From NCBI RefSeq assembly GCF_001194135.2, contig NC_068984.1:83047213-83100781 (forward strand): 53,569 nt of DNA, read 5' to 3'. The notes beneath the pieces were generated by a model. The model ran no database searches. It was not told the DNA's origin and saw only the letters and a program-made list of their open reading frames with translations. Of this stretch, positions 1-11,580 are shown in pieces. Numbering within the stretch: position 1 is the stretch's first letter; the number at the start of each line of letters is the position of its first letter. Both the position numbers and the translations under genes were made by a program. Source of the DNA: Octopus bimaculoides (lineage: Eukaryota).

Positions 1-17
1 TATTAGTGATAGACATG

Positions 18-55
<38 letters not shown>

Positions 56-271
56 CTTTAAGTATAAAGTATTATATGCACGCTATATTTTTAAATAATA
101 CGTAAATTGGAACGCATGTAGTATTCGTTCAAATTTGGATTGGTCTTCAAAGATTGTTTATTAGATACAATGAAACGAAATATCAGTGAACCGCCATAGC
201 TGTACTACAAAAATAAACAAAAACTCTTATAAATTAATGATGAGAATGAAGATGATGAAGACGGTGATAAT

Positions 272-960
272 GATAATTCTTTCTACTATAGGTACAAGGC
301 CTGAAATTTTAAGGGAGGTGCTTGTATATTATATCGACTCCAGTAATCAACTGGTACATATTTTATCGACCCAGAAAAGATCAAAGGCAAAGCTGACCGC
401 GGCGGAATTTGAGCTCAGAACATAAGATTCGAAAGAATTTCCTATTTCTTTATTGCCCACAAAGGGCTAAACACAGAGGGGACAAACAAGAACAGACAAA
501 GGGATTAAGACGATTACATCGACCCAGTGTACTTAATTGTACTTAATTGGTACTTAATTTATTGATCCCGAAAGGATGAAAAACAAAGTCGACCTCGGTG
601 GAATTTGAACTCAGAATGTAACAGCAGACGAAATACCGCTAAACATTCCGCCCGGCGTGCTAACGTTTCTGCCAGCTCACCGCCTTCAAAAGAATTTCCG
701 CTAAGCATTTTGTCCGACGCGCTAAGATTCTGCTAAACCTTCGCTATTTAATGGCTTCTGATTTAGGCACAAGGTCAGCAGTTTTGAGTGGAATAGAGCA
801 GTTCGATGTATTCGACTCCAATATTTGACTGGTATTCTATTGTATCGACACCGGAGGGATGAAAGGCAAAGTTACGGAATGCGAACTCAGAACGTAAAAA
901 GGCACAAGAAATATTGTAAGGTATTTTATCCGACACTCTAACAATTCTGCCAACTCACCA
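272..960 (-). mobile_element. Head-to-tail cluster of tRNA-derived SINE family A copies/fragments (about 272-426, 436-686, 690-740, 750-960)
   Basis: Minus strand reads GGCGGTGAGCTGGCAGAAACGTTAGCACG (A-box-like)...GTTCAAATTCC (B-box-like)...GACTTTG(C/T)TTTCATCCTTTCGGGATCAATAAA, matching other copies in the window (7791, 31198, 45872). Confidence 0.85.
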
Positions 961-1180
961 ACAACATCAATAGTAACCACAAGAAAAAATGCTACAATAG
1001 CCACCCAGGTAAGTTTCATATAGCATTCAGTCATACATACAAAAATGAAAAAATCTTTCAAACAGAACTTACAAAGACGTGAGATAGGCCAAACTAGTTA
1101 TAAAAAAAAACTAGTGAAAGTATTTATACAATAAAGTGTAGTTGTAAAATAAAAATAAGTTAAATAATTTATACATATTT

Positions 1181-1226
1181 CCAACGAAGTCGCGTATTGT
1201 CCTTGCCTTCGAAACGCAGAGTAGAT
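1181..1226 (+). ncRNA. Decayed type I hammerhead-like motif
   Basis: CCAACGA-AG...CT-TC-GAAAC-GCAGA-GTA; the 3' half differs by one base from GAAACTCAGAGTA at 42202-42214; core and stem I are degraded. Confidence 0.3.
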
Positions 1227-1666
1227 GGAACAGGGACAACTGAAGAAGGGAAATATTCTTTATGTTGCATGTCTCGTTTCTCTGTTTTTTTCGTTGTTCG
1301 AAAAAAAGTTCGTTTTCAGTCTTCGTCTTTATGTTTTCGTTTCTCATTGTGTTTAACGTTTTTTGTGATGCCCTGTACCCATATATGCATGTATGTATAC
1401 ATATAGATGTAGGTATGTACATATATGTATGGATATATGCATATAATATATNNNNNNNNNNNNNNNNNNNNNNNNNNNNNNNNNNNNNNNNNNNNNNNNN
1501 NNNNNNNNNNNTATATATATAAGGCAATGAAGAAAATGGAGAAGTTAATTAATTAACAAACATCAGCCTGAAAACATCAATTAGATCTATTTATTAATTA
1601 CAATCTTATGTATAAATAAGTAAATAAAAAGTAAATAAATAAGAATAAATGAGTGAATAATACTAT

Positions 1667-1812
1667 ACTCTTACACCTGTTTCTACTTTGGGGGTTCATC
1701 CGGCCAAAGTTGACACATCATATCAAAATTATACAGAGATTGTGTTCAAAGGTTGAACAAAGGTTGGACAGAGGTTGGACAATAATTGAACCCCAAAGCT
1801 TCATCGGAGAGT
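1667..1812 (-). ncRNA. Type I hammerhead ribozyme motif with extended stem II and 88-nt insert
   Basis: Minus strand: ACTCT-CCGATGA-A-GCTTTGGGGTTCA-[88 nt]-TGAACCCCCAAAGT-A-GAAAC-AGGT-GTA-AGAGT. Stem I ACTCT/AGAGT, 13-bp stem II with one bulge, GUA cleavage triplet. Confidence 0.7.
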
Positions 1813-2057
1813 CCATAATGGTAAGAATCAAAGATGTGGGGATTTAAAATAAAATAATAAAAATAAAAATAGTAAGGAATAGTAAAAAAAGTCAATTCCA
1901 AGGTAATATCCATAGGTTATGAGATTACATCTGATTTCAATTTACTGGGGAATATAGCAAGGGTAAAACATTATAGAGTGTGGTTAATGGGATGGTCCAT
2001 ATTACAGGGGTCATTAGTTAGAAGCTAAAGGCTATGCAATATATACAAAGTTAACTT

Positions 2058-2157
2058 AATGTGAATTTAGTTGGGGAAGTCAATACGTAACTATATTAAC
2101 GAAGAAATAATTTGGGTATAAATTAAATGTGCTGATTTCCCCAACTAAGTTCACATT
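2058..2157. repeat. 25-bp inverted repeat (2058-2082 / 2133-2157)
   Basis: AATGTGAATTTAGTTGGGGAAGTCA versus reverse complement AATGTGAACTTAGTTGGGGAAATCA, 2 mismatches. Confidence 0.85.
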
Positions 2158-2190
2158 CCTCATTCTCACTCGCTCTATAAGTTTCTCTTT

Positions 2191-2225
2191 ATTCTGGTAA
2201 AGAACTAACGTCAGAAACGTTAAGA
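2191..2225 (+). ncRNA. Decayed hammerhead-like motif, relative of the 16991-17025 motif
   Basis: CTGGTAAAGAACTAACGTCAGAAACGTTAA aligns with CTGATGAAGAGCTCCGCTCGAAACGTTAA; the core is mutated. Confidence 0.3.
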
Positions 2226-2508
2226 TATATGGACCTTCATTAACCAAAACCTAAAACTTTTCACTTTGCAAAATGAATAGTAGGTAGATATCTATGCCGC
2301 ACCTGGTATATATTTATATTTGCGCATATNNNNNNNNNNNNNNNNNNNNNNNNNNNNNNNNNNNNNNNNNNNNNNNNNNNNNNNNNNNNNNNNNNNNNNN
2401 NNNNNNNNNNNNNNNNNNNNNNNNNNNNNNNNNNNNNNNNNNNNNNNNNNNNNNNNNNNNNNNNNNNNNNNNNNNNNNNNNNNNNNNNNNNNNNNNNNNN
2501 NNNNNNNN

Positions 2509-2774
2509 ACGGTGACATAAACACACCAGCATCGGTTGTCAAGCGATGTTGGGGGGGGACAAACACAGACATACAAACACATACACACATACATATATAT
2601 ATACATATATACGACAGGCTTCTTTCAGTTTCCGTCTACCAAATCCACTCACAAGGCTTTGGTCGGCCCGAGGCTATAGTAGAAGACACTTGCCCAAGAT
2701 GCCACGCAGTGGGACTGAACCCGGAACCATGTGGTTGGTAAGCAAGCTACTTACCACACAGCCACTCCTACGCC
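2509..2774 (-). mobile_element. tRNA-derived SINE family B (CORE-like body)
   Basis: Minus: GGCGTAGGAGTGGCTGTGTGG (A box)...GGTTCAGTCCC (B box)...TCTTGGGCAAGTGTCTT, resembling the CORE motif CCTTGGGCAAGTCACTT; internal (TA/TG) tract; same family at 14921, 22318 and 50022. Confidence 0.85.
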
Positions 2775-2879
2775 AATATATATATAGAAATATATATATA
2801 TATATACATGCATACATATATACACACATACATGCACATATATATATACACACATACACACAAACGCTCACACACTCAC

Positions 2880-2887
2880 ACACACAC

Positions 2888-2936
<49 letters not shown>
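2880..2936. repeat. (CA)n microsatellite
   Basis: Direct reading. Confidence 0.95.
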
Positions 2937-2939
<3 letters not shown>

Positions 2940-3074
2940 TATGACTTTAAAAATCTACTTGCGCTGATAAGCGCACCCCAGAGCCGTAATTATACGTTAG
3001 CCTTCTACAGTACCGCTCCAATTTTTTCATAGCAGGGAAAATGTACCACTCCTCACATTTTAATTACTATTTAA

Positions 3075-3420
3075 TGACGATCCTGGCTGCTTTTTAGCAG
3101 CGTTTTAACAAAAGTTTGCCAATTCTCTTCCACCTTCACTTGGTCTCCACCCAAGTGTTCGTAAGTGAAGCGATTCTGAAGGGAGATTGCTTGTAGTTCG
3201 CTTCTCACTTTTGTTGTTGCTACGGTGGGCCACTCTTTTGCTCATTGTCACTGCAGGCTGTAGCTGAGAGTGAGAGTTTCTGAGTCTTGTGGTTGACTTC
3301 TGGAAATGAAGACATGACAATTTTCTCCGGTGTCTCCAGAGTTGTGAACGGTGCCGCCTTCTACTGCTGTTCCAACTAAGGATAAGTAACCTCTGAAATT
3401 TGTTGCTATTATTATTGCTT
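3075..3420 (-). pseudogene. Possible RTE-clade LINE relic (linker after the AP endonuclease)
   Basis: Minus frame gives VRSELQAISLQNRFTYEHLGGDQVKVEENWQTFVKTLLKSS, resembling the L-x-NRF...EEEW-x-x-F linker of RTE ORFs; no catalytic motif is clearly retained. Confidence 0.4.
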
Positions 3421-4968
3421 TTCCCATTTCATATCTATTGGACAGAAAGTCCTTAAAAGGCTTTTGTTGTTACATATGCAGCAGCTGGACTTTCTGCCCT
3501 GGTTGCAGTCATAAAGCCTTTCTCTCAGCACCTACGAGAGGGTCCTATTAAAGAGTTGCTTTGTAGTCTTGCGCGGTCATTAGGACTTGCATATCTAGAG
3601 TGATTCCAGCCGACCACGTAACACCAAAAAATTACGTCAGCTCTGTCTATCTTCTCCCTATAAAAGTGACCAAGAGTCACAAGTGGACGTCGCCAGCGAT
3701 ATCCTTGATGGTGACTCTTGTGTTTCTTCTAAAATATTGTCTCGTATTATCTGACGTTGTGCGTTCACCTCATTATTTTGAAAACAAATCATATAGTACC
3801 GTATTCCCTCTCTCTTCCAAATAAAGCGAGAATCCACTCCGAGTGTCTGCGAAACTTAGAACTTTTGACCTGCGTGCTAATGATTCTGCCAGCTCACCGC
3901 CTTAATCATTACCATAATTATCAAACGCTGTCAGCATCGTTGTTGTTATGAAGGGTAAACAAGAGTAGGAACAAAAAAAAAACCCGGCTAAGTGAGTAAG
4001 TTACTAAATTTCTACTTCCAGTGTTACATTTGTATCGAACTGTTGGTTCAGTACTTCGCTTTATTATGATAATGTTTAATCCAGTAAAACGCAAGGCACA
4101 GTTATGAACTTATACTCAGTGAACCTGCTGTATCAAAGACTCGTCAGAACGACTGCATATTTGATGCTTGGTCGACTGCTTAGTAAGACATTCAGCAACA
4201 CTTTTCTCTGGAGCACACTGAACCAGAAAATATCTCCATTCAATCTGACCAATTTGTTTAACATTAAATTTCAGTCGTAGATTATTGTTTGAAGGACAAG
4301 TAAAAAATTTAAAAGAGGCGTAATGCCAAGAAAGAAGGGTTCAACAAAGTGTTTAGTTTAGTATATGGTCTGAAGAGATGATTGATACACAACGCCAACG
4401 TTGGGAAGAGAAACTGAGTGATCGGTTTATTTCGATATTTCAACAAGTTATTTGTAGGTTTTGGGCATAAACGATGTTAATTTTCCAAATAAATGTCATG
4501 TAGGATTTTATACCCATTAAAGGTCAGTGTGTATAAAACACCTATAAACTATAATTATATAAATATACTATATACCTGTAAATATTACAATACTTACCTA
4601 TGGCGTTTTAACCAAAATTCTGACTCTGTAAATAATACTTTTTTCATCTTTGTTAATAGATATTGGGATTTGTTTGAGTGTAGGGGTGAGAACTGAAACT
4701 CATATAACAGAGTTGTTAATCATCACTTCAAAAGCTCATCCCACTGTAGGGCAAATCTAGAGCAAACTAACGGTCGCTAAGATTTTGAATTGTCAACTCT
4801 TCGACAGAGAGCTCAGAATGGCTTCAATGGGCCTGCTTCAGTTTTTACAAAAAAGGTAAAATGGTATGCGTGTACGTCTGTATTTGTAGGTATATACATA
4901 TTATATAGATGCAAACGAAAGCGGTTCTCAACACATTTGGTAGGAGTTACAGATATTATTTAAAAGCT

Positions 4969-5101
4969 GTTTGATTCGGCTCCATGCAACTCGAAGTTTC
5001 GTGGGCTCGTAAAACGAACCTAGTTCGGTTGCCTCTGCCTGGAGACCTACGTTCGTTTTACAAGACCTCGAAACTTCAAGTTACATGGAGCCGAACCAAA
5101 C
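4969..5101. mobile_element. Foldback/MITE-like element, 55-bp arms and 23-nt spacer
   Basis: 4969-5023 matches the reverse complement of 5047-5101 at about 48/55 positions. Confidence 0.75.
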
Positions 5102-6077
5102 TGTTAATAGAATTATATATATATATATATATAATATACGTGTATGCATTTTCACGTAAACGTACGCGTTCTAACCTACTCACCTGTGGGAATATATGTG
5201 GATGGTACGCACACATGTAAATTTGTATGCAAGTACACAACCACGAATATTAATGCACATGTAATTGCGTGTGTGTGTGTGTGTGTGTGCGCTCGCGTAC
5301 ATATATATATATATTGAAGAAATTACATACCTGGGGGTAGACCATGGCAACTGTTGGAGAACACCATCATTAAGAGAAACAGCTTCCATCCCAGTGACGT
5401 CATTTCCTGTTGCTGAACATTACATCACACTGGAAAAAATATGGAAATAGCTACAGGTTTAGTTAAGGAGTATTTACCATCTCCATTTTACTATTGTATG
5501 ATTAGACCTTACAATGGTTGTACTAATACATACTGTTCACTATTTTCTATACCATTTAGTATTCTTTCTTCCTTTTTCTTCCTCTCTCATAATTTTTCTA
5601 TCTTTTTTCTGTTCATGTTTCTTGTTCAAAGTTTCATTCTTCTCCATACTCCCTATGATATCACTTTAATTATTCTCTCTTTTCTTACTGTATGAGTGTC
5701 CTTTGTTTAAATTCCCTAATTTAAGGAAGAGGAACAGCATTTTTTTTCTTTTTCGGTTAACTTAGAATTGTGTGACATTGATGCGATTAATGTAAATTTT
5801 GAAATCTTGTAGAAATTTAAACGAAACCTTCCCTTGCTAACTCGACAAAACAATAATGTTAACTAATCTCCCATATCTTTCTTTGAACACTGTATTTAAC
5901 ATATGTGGTTATTTCTGATAATGAAAGCATTGGAAATACTCAAACTCGCCGTTTATTATATTAAGTGGGGGTGAAGTTTAGCAGAATACATCCAGTACTT
6001 AATTCAACAGAACGAGGCAAAGGTGGGTGAGGGTCAAGTTCTACGCTGTCGCTTGACTTGCTGGGGACAACAAATAA

Positions 6078-6084
6078 CTCTCTT

Positions 6085-6133
<49 letters not shown>
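6078..6133. repeat. (CT)n microsatellite running into a gap
   Basis: Direct reading. Confidence 0.95.
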
Positions 6134-6516
6134 NNNNNNNNNNNNNNNNNNNNNNNNNNNNNNNNNNNNNNNNNNNNNNNNNNNNNNNNNNNNNNNNNNN
6201 NNNNNNNNNNNNNNNNNNNNNNNNNNNNNNNNNNNNNNNNNNNNNNNNNNNNNNNNNNNNNNNNNNNNNNNNNNNNNNNNNNNNNNNNNNNNNNNNNNNN
6301 NNNNNNNNGACAGTTACTGTGTGAGTTGATAAATCAAACGATTATTTTTCTATCCCATAATTCATAATTTTATTAATAATGTTATAAATCGTACAAAAAC
6401 CTATGTTTAAGCGTGTGTTGCTAAGCAAAAGACTGTACATAATTCCCATATGCTAATATTTGAACGTTCATTTTCACTACCTTATTGGTTATTTGCATTT
6501 ACTCTTTCATTTTTTT

Positions 6517-6635
6517 TACTGTTGGAGCACCGCCTTTCGTCGAACAAATCAATCCCAGGACTTATTCTTTGTAAGCATGGTACTTATTCTATCGATCTGT
6601 TTTGCCGAACCGCTAGGTTACGGAGACGTAAACAG
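6517..6635 (-). mobile_element. SINE family B 3' fragment
   Basis: GCTGGAGCACCGCC...GCCGAACCGCTAGGTTACGGAGACGTAAAC matches 14955-15075. Confidence 0.75.
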
Positions 6636-6791
6636 ACCAACAATAATAACCAAAATGAAGTAGATTAACTGGTTTATTTTTTGAACCTGCGGAAGACACA
6701 CGAGATGTCGAAATATCATTCACTTCATAACAATGGCACTCTTCTTTTTTTGCTTCTATATCTTCTGGAGGAATTACCTCAATCCTATAAA

Positions 6792-6792
<1 letters not shown>

Positions 6793-6837
<45 letters not shown>

Positions 6838-7790
6838 GAGTGAGAGAGCAGTGCATGCCATCAAAGTGACACTAGGGTAAAATATACGAAGCTCAGTATA
6901 CTCATCATGACTACCCGTCTGATAAGTGTACATAAGGCACATGCATCACAACCATATGTGCGTGACATGGTGATCCCATATCAAGATAAACAGCGCATGA
7001 CTTTGCAGGTGGGGTTCAGTTAAAATTTTCTTCAGGTCGAGTAACCCATCCCACTCAAAAGTCCTTGAATAAGGATTGTTTAAGGATGTTGAACAAAACA
7101 CCCACGTTTCGAAAGGTGAATTATCCAAACCCCAAAGAATTTCTCTCAACACATGGCTATGATGCTCCCCCACTACTTCTGTTCGTGATCAGAGATGCAG
7201 ATATCGTCAGCTACTAAGGGACATGCTCAACTGGTTGAGATCAAGCAACTGATAAGCAAATCTGTGGTATTGAGCGGAATATTTGCTGTAAACCATCTTT
7301 TATACCAAGGCAAAACAATGTACATGATAACGCTTCCAATCAGTTAAGATCAGAAGCCATGAGATCCACAACCATATGTGTGTGACATAGTGATCTCATA
7401 TTCAAGATAAACAGTGCATGACCTTGCAGGTGGGGTTCAGTTAGAATTTTCTTCAGGTCGAGAAGCCCATCCTGCCCAAAAGGTCCCTGAATAAGGGTTG
7501 TTTAAGAATGTTGAACGAAACACTCATGTTTCCAAAAGTGAATTATCCAAACCTCAAAGAATTCCTCTCAACTACTTCTGCTTGTGATCAGAGATGCACA
7601 TATCGTCAGCCACTAAGGAACATGCTCAACTGGCTTAGGTCAAGCAACTGACAAGCAAATCTGTGGTATTGAGCAGAATATTTGCTGTAGCCAATCTTTT
7701 ATACCAAGACAAATCAATGTACATAACACTTCCAATCAGTTAAGATCAGAAGCCATGAGAGCCACTGCCTGGTACTGCACCAGGGCACAT
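6793..7790 (-). mobile_element. Unclassified interspersed repeat ending in (AAT)n, with an internal tandem duplication of about 420 bp (6947-7366 / 7367-7760)
   Basis: Two adjacent near-identical units starting CACAACCATATGTG; the second lacks 23 nt; an (ATT)n tract at 6793-6838 abuts the end. Confidence 0.75.
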
Positions 7791-8000
7791 GCTGGCAGAA
7801 TCGTTAGCATGCTGGACGAAATACTTAGCGGAATTTCGCCCGTTGCTACGTTCTGAGTTCAAATTCCGCCGAGGTTGACTTTGTCTTTCATCCTTTCGAG
7901 GTCGATAAAATAATTATCGGTAAAAACACGGGGGTCGATGTAATCGACTCATCCTCTCCCCCAAAATTGCTGCCCTTGTGACAAAATTTCAAACCATTAT
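7791..8000 (+). mobile_element. SINE family A copy
   Basis: GCTGGCAGAATCGTTAGC...GTTCAAATTCCGCCGAGG...CATCCTTTCGAGGTCGATAAA...CCCCAAAATTGCTGCCCTTGTG, ATT tail. Confidence 0.9.
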
Positions 8001-8039
8001 TATTTTATTGTTATCGCACAGCTTTTAACGCTGGATATG

Positions 8040-8059
8040 TACTATTATTATTATCACTA

Positions 8060-8136
<77 letters not shown>

Positions 8137-8147
8137 ATTATTATTAT
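8040..8147. repeat. (ATT)n microsatellite
   Basis: Direct reading. Confidence 0.95.
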
Positions 8148-9198
8148 CTCAGTCTTAGTGGAGGCTAAGGCATTGTTTTCAATCGTGTTTGCTTGTTTGT
8201 TTGTTTGTTTGTCCGATATTTCAAGAACCGCTGGATGGATTCGGACAAAACTTTCAGGGCTGTTTCGCGTCGTGACTGGTAAGAATTGATTAGAATTTGG
8301 GATCGATCCGGTCCCGGACAAGGATTCTGGATTATTTGTTATATTTACTTTACTTTTCATGAAGTATTACGATTTTGCGTTGACTTTCAAGTCTTTCACT
8401 GATTATCTCCCTTGAAAGCACGCTTATGGTTTCCCTGTAAGTTATGGCAGCGTTGCTCTTTCCAAAGTTTTATTTTCGTGTCTCTGTTATTCATTTTACC
8501 TGCACCTCTATCTTAGTAGAAACTGATGGATAAAGAAATCAAACTACATAAACAAGCGGCAGCAAAACCGTTCAGAATTTAAATAACACTAACATATTCA
8601 GTAACAATAAAAAATTTAATTTATCCTCGACAATTTTTAGTTTTGCCAATTTTGAATATATCGCTCCTGCTTAAAGCCTCTTACCTACTTGACAATTGCA
8701 TTTCTAGCTCCACCTTGACGGAAGCTTTACTTCTTTGACTCACGTTTTTGTGCGAAACTATGTTGTTAAACCTGCTTTAACAGCACCGTATGCAGGTCCT
8801 TTCCCTTTTCTTTCACGAATTTTTCGCTATAATGGTCATAAAGACACTATATCAGTGGATAGACTAAAAAAGGCCTTCATAGAGAAAACTATCCCTGTTC
8901 CCACTGCAGACAACACACACACACACAACATTACAAACACGGCCCGCACACCCACCTTCACATTCCATGAATACCATTGGGATCGATCAGGCACCGGACA
9001 AGGATTCTGGATTATTTTTCCGGTTTTTTACTTAATTTTTGAGAGTGGTCGGGTTCATTTTTAGCATTCTCTTTTGTGAGAGCAGTCGAGTCTATTTCAG
9101 ATATTCTCATTTTAAAAATCATCCCCGGCTAATCGTTGAGAGGACGTTGGTGTTGCCTTGGCGGAGGTTTGCGCTCTCTGAGTGCTCTTGCTATTGTT
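8144..9198 (+). mobile_element. Helentron-associated (HINE/DINE-1-like) non-autonomous element, split by an internal insert
   Basis: 5' part has a (GTTT)n core after a degenerate subterminal repeat; 3' end has CCTTGGCGGAGG (9156-9167) followed by the hairpin GCGCTC-TCT-GAGTGC (9171-9185), the subTIR-plus-hairpin layout known for HINEs. Confidence 0.6.
8735..8885 (+). pseudogene. Ty3/Gypsy integrase C-terminal (GPY/F) fragment
   Basis: THVFVRNYVVKPALTAPYAGPFPFLSR...NGHKDTISVDRLKKAF matches the THVFVR...PY-x-GPF...TVSIDRLKPA signature. Confidence 0.8.
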
Positions 9199-9215
9199 AT
9201 TATCATTATTATAAA

Positions 9216-9298
9216 GGCGGCGAGCTGGCAGAATCGTTAGCATGCTGGACGAAATGCTTAGCGGTATTTCGCCGTTGCTACGTTCTGAGGTCAAATCT
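9216..9298 (+). mobile_element. SINE family A head, truncated at the B box
   Basis: GGCGGCGAGCTGGCAGAATCGTTAGC...TTCTGAGGTCAAATC, then unrelated LINE sequence. Confidence 0.85.
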
Positions 9299-9299
9299 G

Positions 9300-11290
9300 A
9301 TATTGTGATGCTGTAGATTGAAGACATTGTGTGTACCGGGTATTTATACTGTCTGACAAATCGCAGCAAGGACCTCAGGCAGACAGTACTTTACGCAGCA
9401 TGCGTACAGTTCCGCGTAAAGTCGATTTTTGCAATATACCAAGATTGTAGGGTATTTCTAAAGTGTTTAGGTGTTTTTTTCAGGTTGGGTGGTATTGACC
9501 GCAATGCTCCGATGACAACAGAAACAACCTTTAAGTTTGACTCTCACAGCTGCTACATCTTGGGTCTCCACATTCTCAGGTCTCCATATATATCCACCTT
9601 TTCTCTTTCTTTCGTGATAATATGTTGATCTTCTGGCACTGCCACGTCGATTATTAGGCACTCTTGTTTATCCCTCCTAAAGGATACTATACCCAGTTTT
9701 CGGTGCTGTAACACCTTGTCTGTCTGCAAGTCAAAATCCTAGAGGATCTTTACCTTCCCGTTTTCGTTCATTACCTTTTCCGGTGTATGATGGTACCAAA
9801 CACCCGTTACCTCGATTCCATACTTTCAGTATAGTTGCCAGTGAAGTTTCTAGGTTACCTTGTCGTGTCTGTACTTGTACTTTTTCTTCGCAAGACTTTC
9901 ACAAGCATTAACAATGTGAGTCACGCTTTCGACCTTCTTCCCACACTTTCTGCTGAGGTTCGTTTCACATGTATGGTACATATCCATTTTAATTGAGTTG
10001 GTGTTCAATACCTGGTCCTAGGCAGCGACGGTTAGGCTTTCAGACTTCTTTTTAAGGTCATACTTGCTGAGCCACCTCCATGGTGTTTCTCGGCATTTAA
10101 GATGTTAGTTTCACAGTGGAACTGACCATGTAATTCCATGCAGTAGGGTTTCTTCTCTTTCGTTGGTTATTCGTGATCAGAATTCATTAACACTCTCAGC
10201 TCCATTGTTTGTAAATCCTTCTGCTTTAGCAGCATACTGTATCAGGTCTTGTTCAATGTACACCAAATACTCCGCTGTGTTTCTTCTTTCACTGTCGGTG
10301 TACTCCCGTACGCTAATCAGGTCACGTCCACCTTTACACCTTTCATGTATAGCCTGTGCTCGTTCGCCTTAGGGTGTGGAGGGTACCATGCATTATCACC
10401 GTCTTTCGGATTGTGCGATTGAGTTGGTCAATCTCTGCTAGTGTCCATTTCAGAATGGGTGCACTGTAGTGGACTACAGCAACAACCCATATATTGATGG
10501 TAGTCACAAGGTTCCTTGCGTTCAGTTTTGAATTCAAGAGAAGTTTAAGGTGCTTCAAATATGCAGTGGTGATCTTGCCTGTCATTTCTCTGTGCACGAT
10601 ATTGTCTCCCATTCGATCTCCGTTCGGCAGTTCTATGCCTCTTCAATCTGCTCTTTTCCCCCTCTTCAAAGTGAGCACTGCACGCTTTGAGATCTCGTCT
10701 TCTATTCCTATATCCTTGCTGTACAGTCTCAACCAGCCTCTCCATTTCAGGCACTGTTTTTGCGAGCAGTTTTAAATCATCCATGAAGAGAAGGTGAATG
10801 AGACGAGGTTCATTCTTCCTCAGCTCATATTGCGAGTTGACTTTGCGTAGAACTACAGAGAGTGGGATCATGGCTATAACAAATGACAAAGGTGAACAAG
10901 ACTCTCCTTGAAAGATACCTCTTTTGATTGTTACCTAGGATAAGTGCTGGTTGTTACAGAAAAAACGTGTTTTCCAACTAGGTATACTGTTCTTGATTAG
11001 TGAACACATGTTCTCAGCTACTCCACGCATGTCGAGTGTTTCCAGAATCCACGAATGCGGCAACTTGTCTTAAGTCTTTGTTTTTGGCACCGTTTGCAGT
11101 TCTTCATTACAACCTTGCCTATCAGAAGGTGGTCCTCGGTGTCCTTGGATCTTTTTTGACATCCCTTTTGTTCTACTGGAAATAGACTGTTTTCTGCAGG
11201 GAATGTATTTATTTTCCCTGCGAATATGCCTGTTAACACTTTCCCTAAGAGGTTTAGACAAGCGATGAGTCTGTAATTGCCAACCTCACT
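9300..11290 (-). mobile_element. R4/Dong-type non-LTR retrotransposon (RT, CCHC finger, RLE), frameshifted
   Basis: Minus frames: VLTGIFAGKI...EQKGCQKRSKDTEDHLLIGK, HLLFMDDLKLLAK (RT core), RKCGKKVESVTHIVNACESLAKKKYKYRHDKV (zinc finger), C-terminal LGILQKSTLRGTVRMLRKVLSA*. It may extend, heavily decayed, to about 12300. Confidence 0.9.
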
Positions 11291-11336
11291 GTCCTTTGAC
11301 CGATCTTCTTCTTATTAGTATTATCTTTATGTTCTT

Positions 11337-11580
11337 AAATCAAATCCCGCTGAGATCAATTTTACCTTTCATTCTTTCAACATCGATAAAGAACAACCCA
11401 TCACTTTAAATTGCTGACCTCATACAAAAATTTGAAACTACAAAGATGGCATTTCTTCTTACTACTTACGTCCTGAGTTCAAAATCTCGCTGAGTTCAAT
11501 CAACTTTGTTGTTCATCTCTTCGAAGTCAGTAAAATAAGTACCAGTTTTTATAGAGATTGGGTCCGTGAATTATCCCCAC
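11337..11580 (+). mobile_element. Two SINE family A body fragments
   Basis: TCAAATCCCGCTGAGATCAATTTTACCTTTCATTC and CTGAGTTCAAAATCTCGCTGAG...AAAATAAGTACCAG. Confidence 0.65.

Noticed and set aside
5314-5450. EEITYLGV as an RT motif
   Set aside because: Too short, with no supporting motifs nearby.
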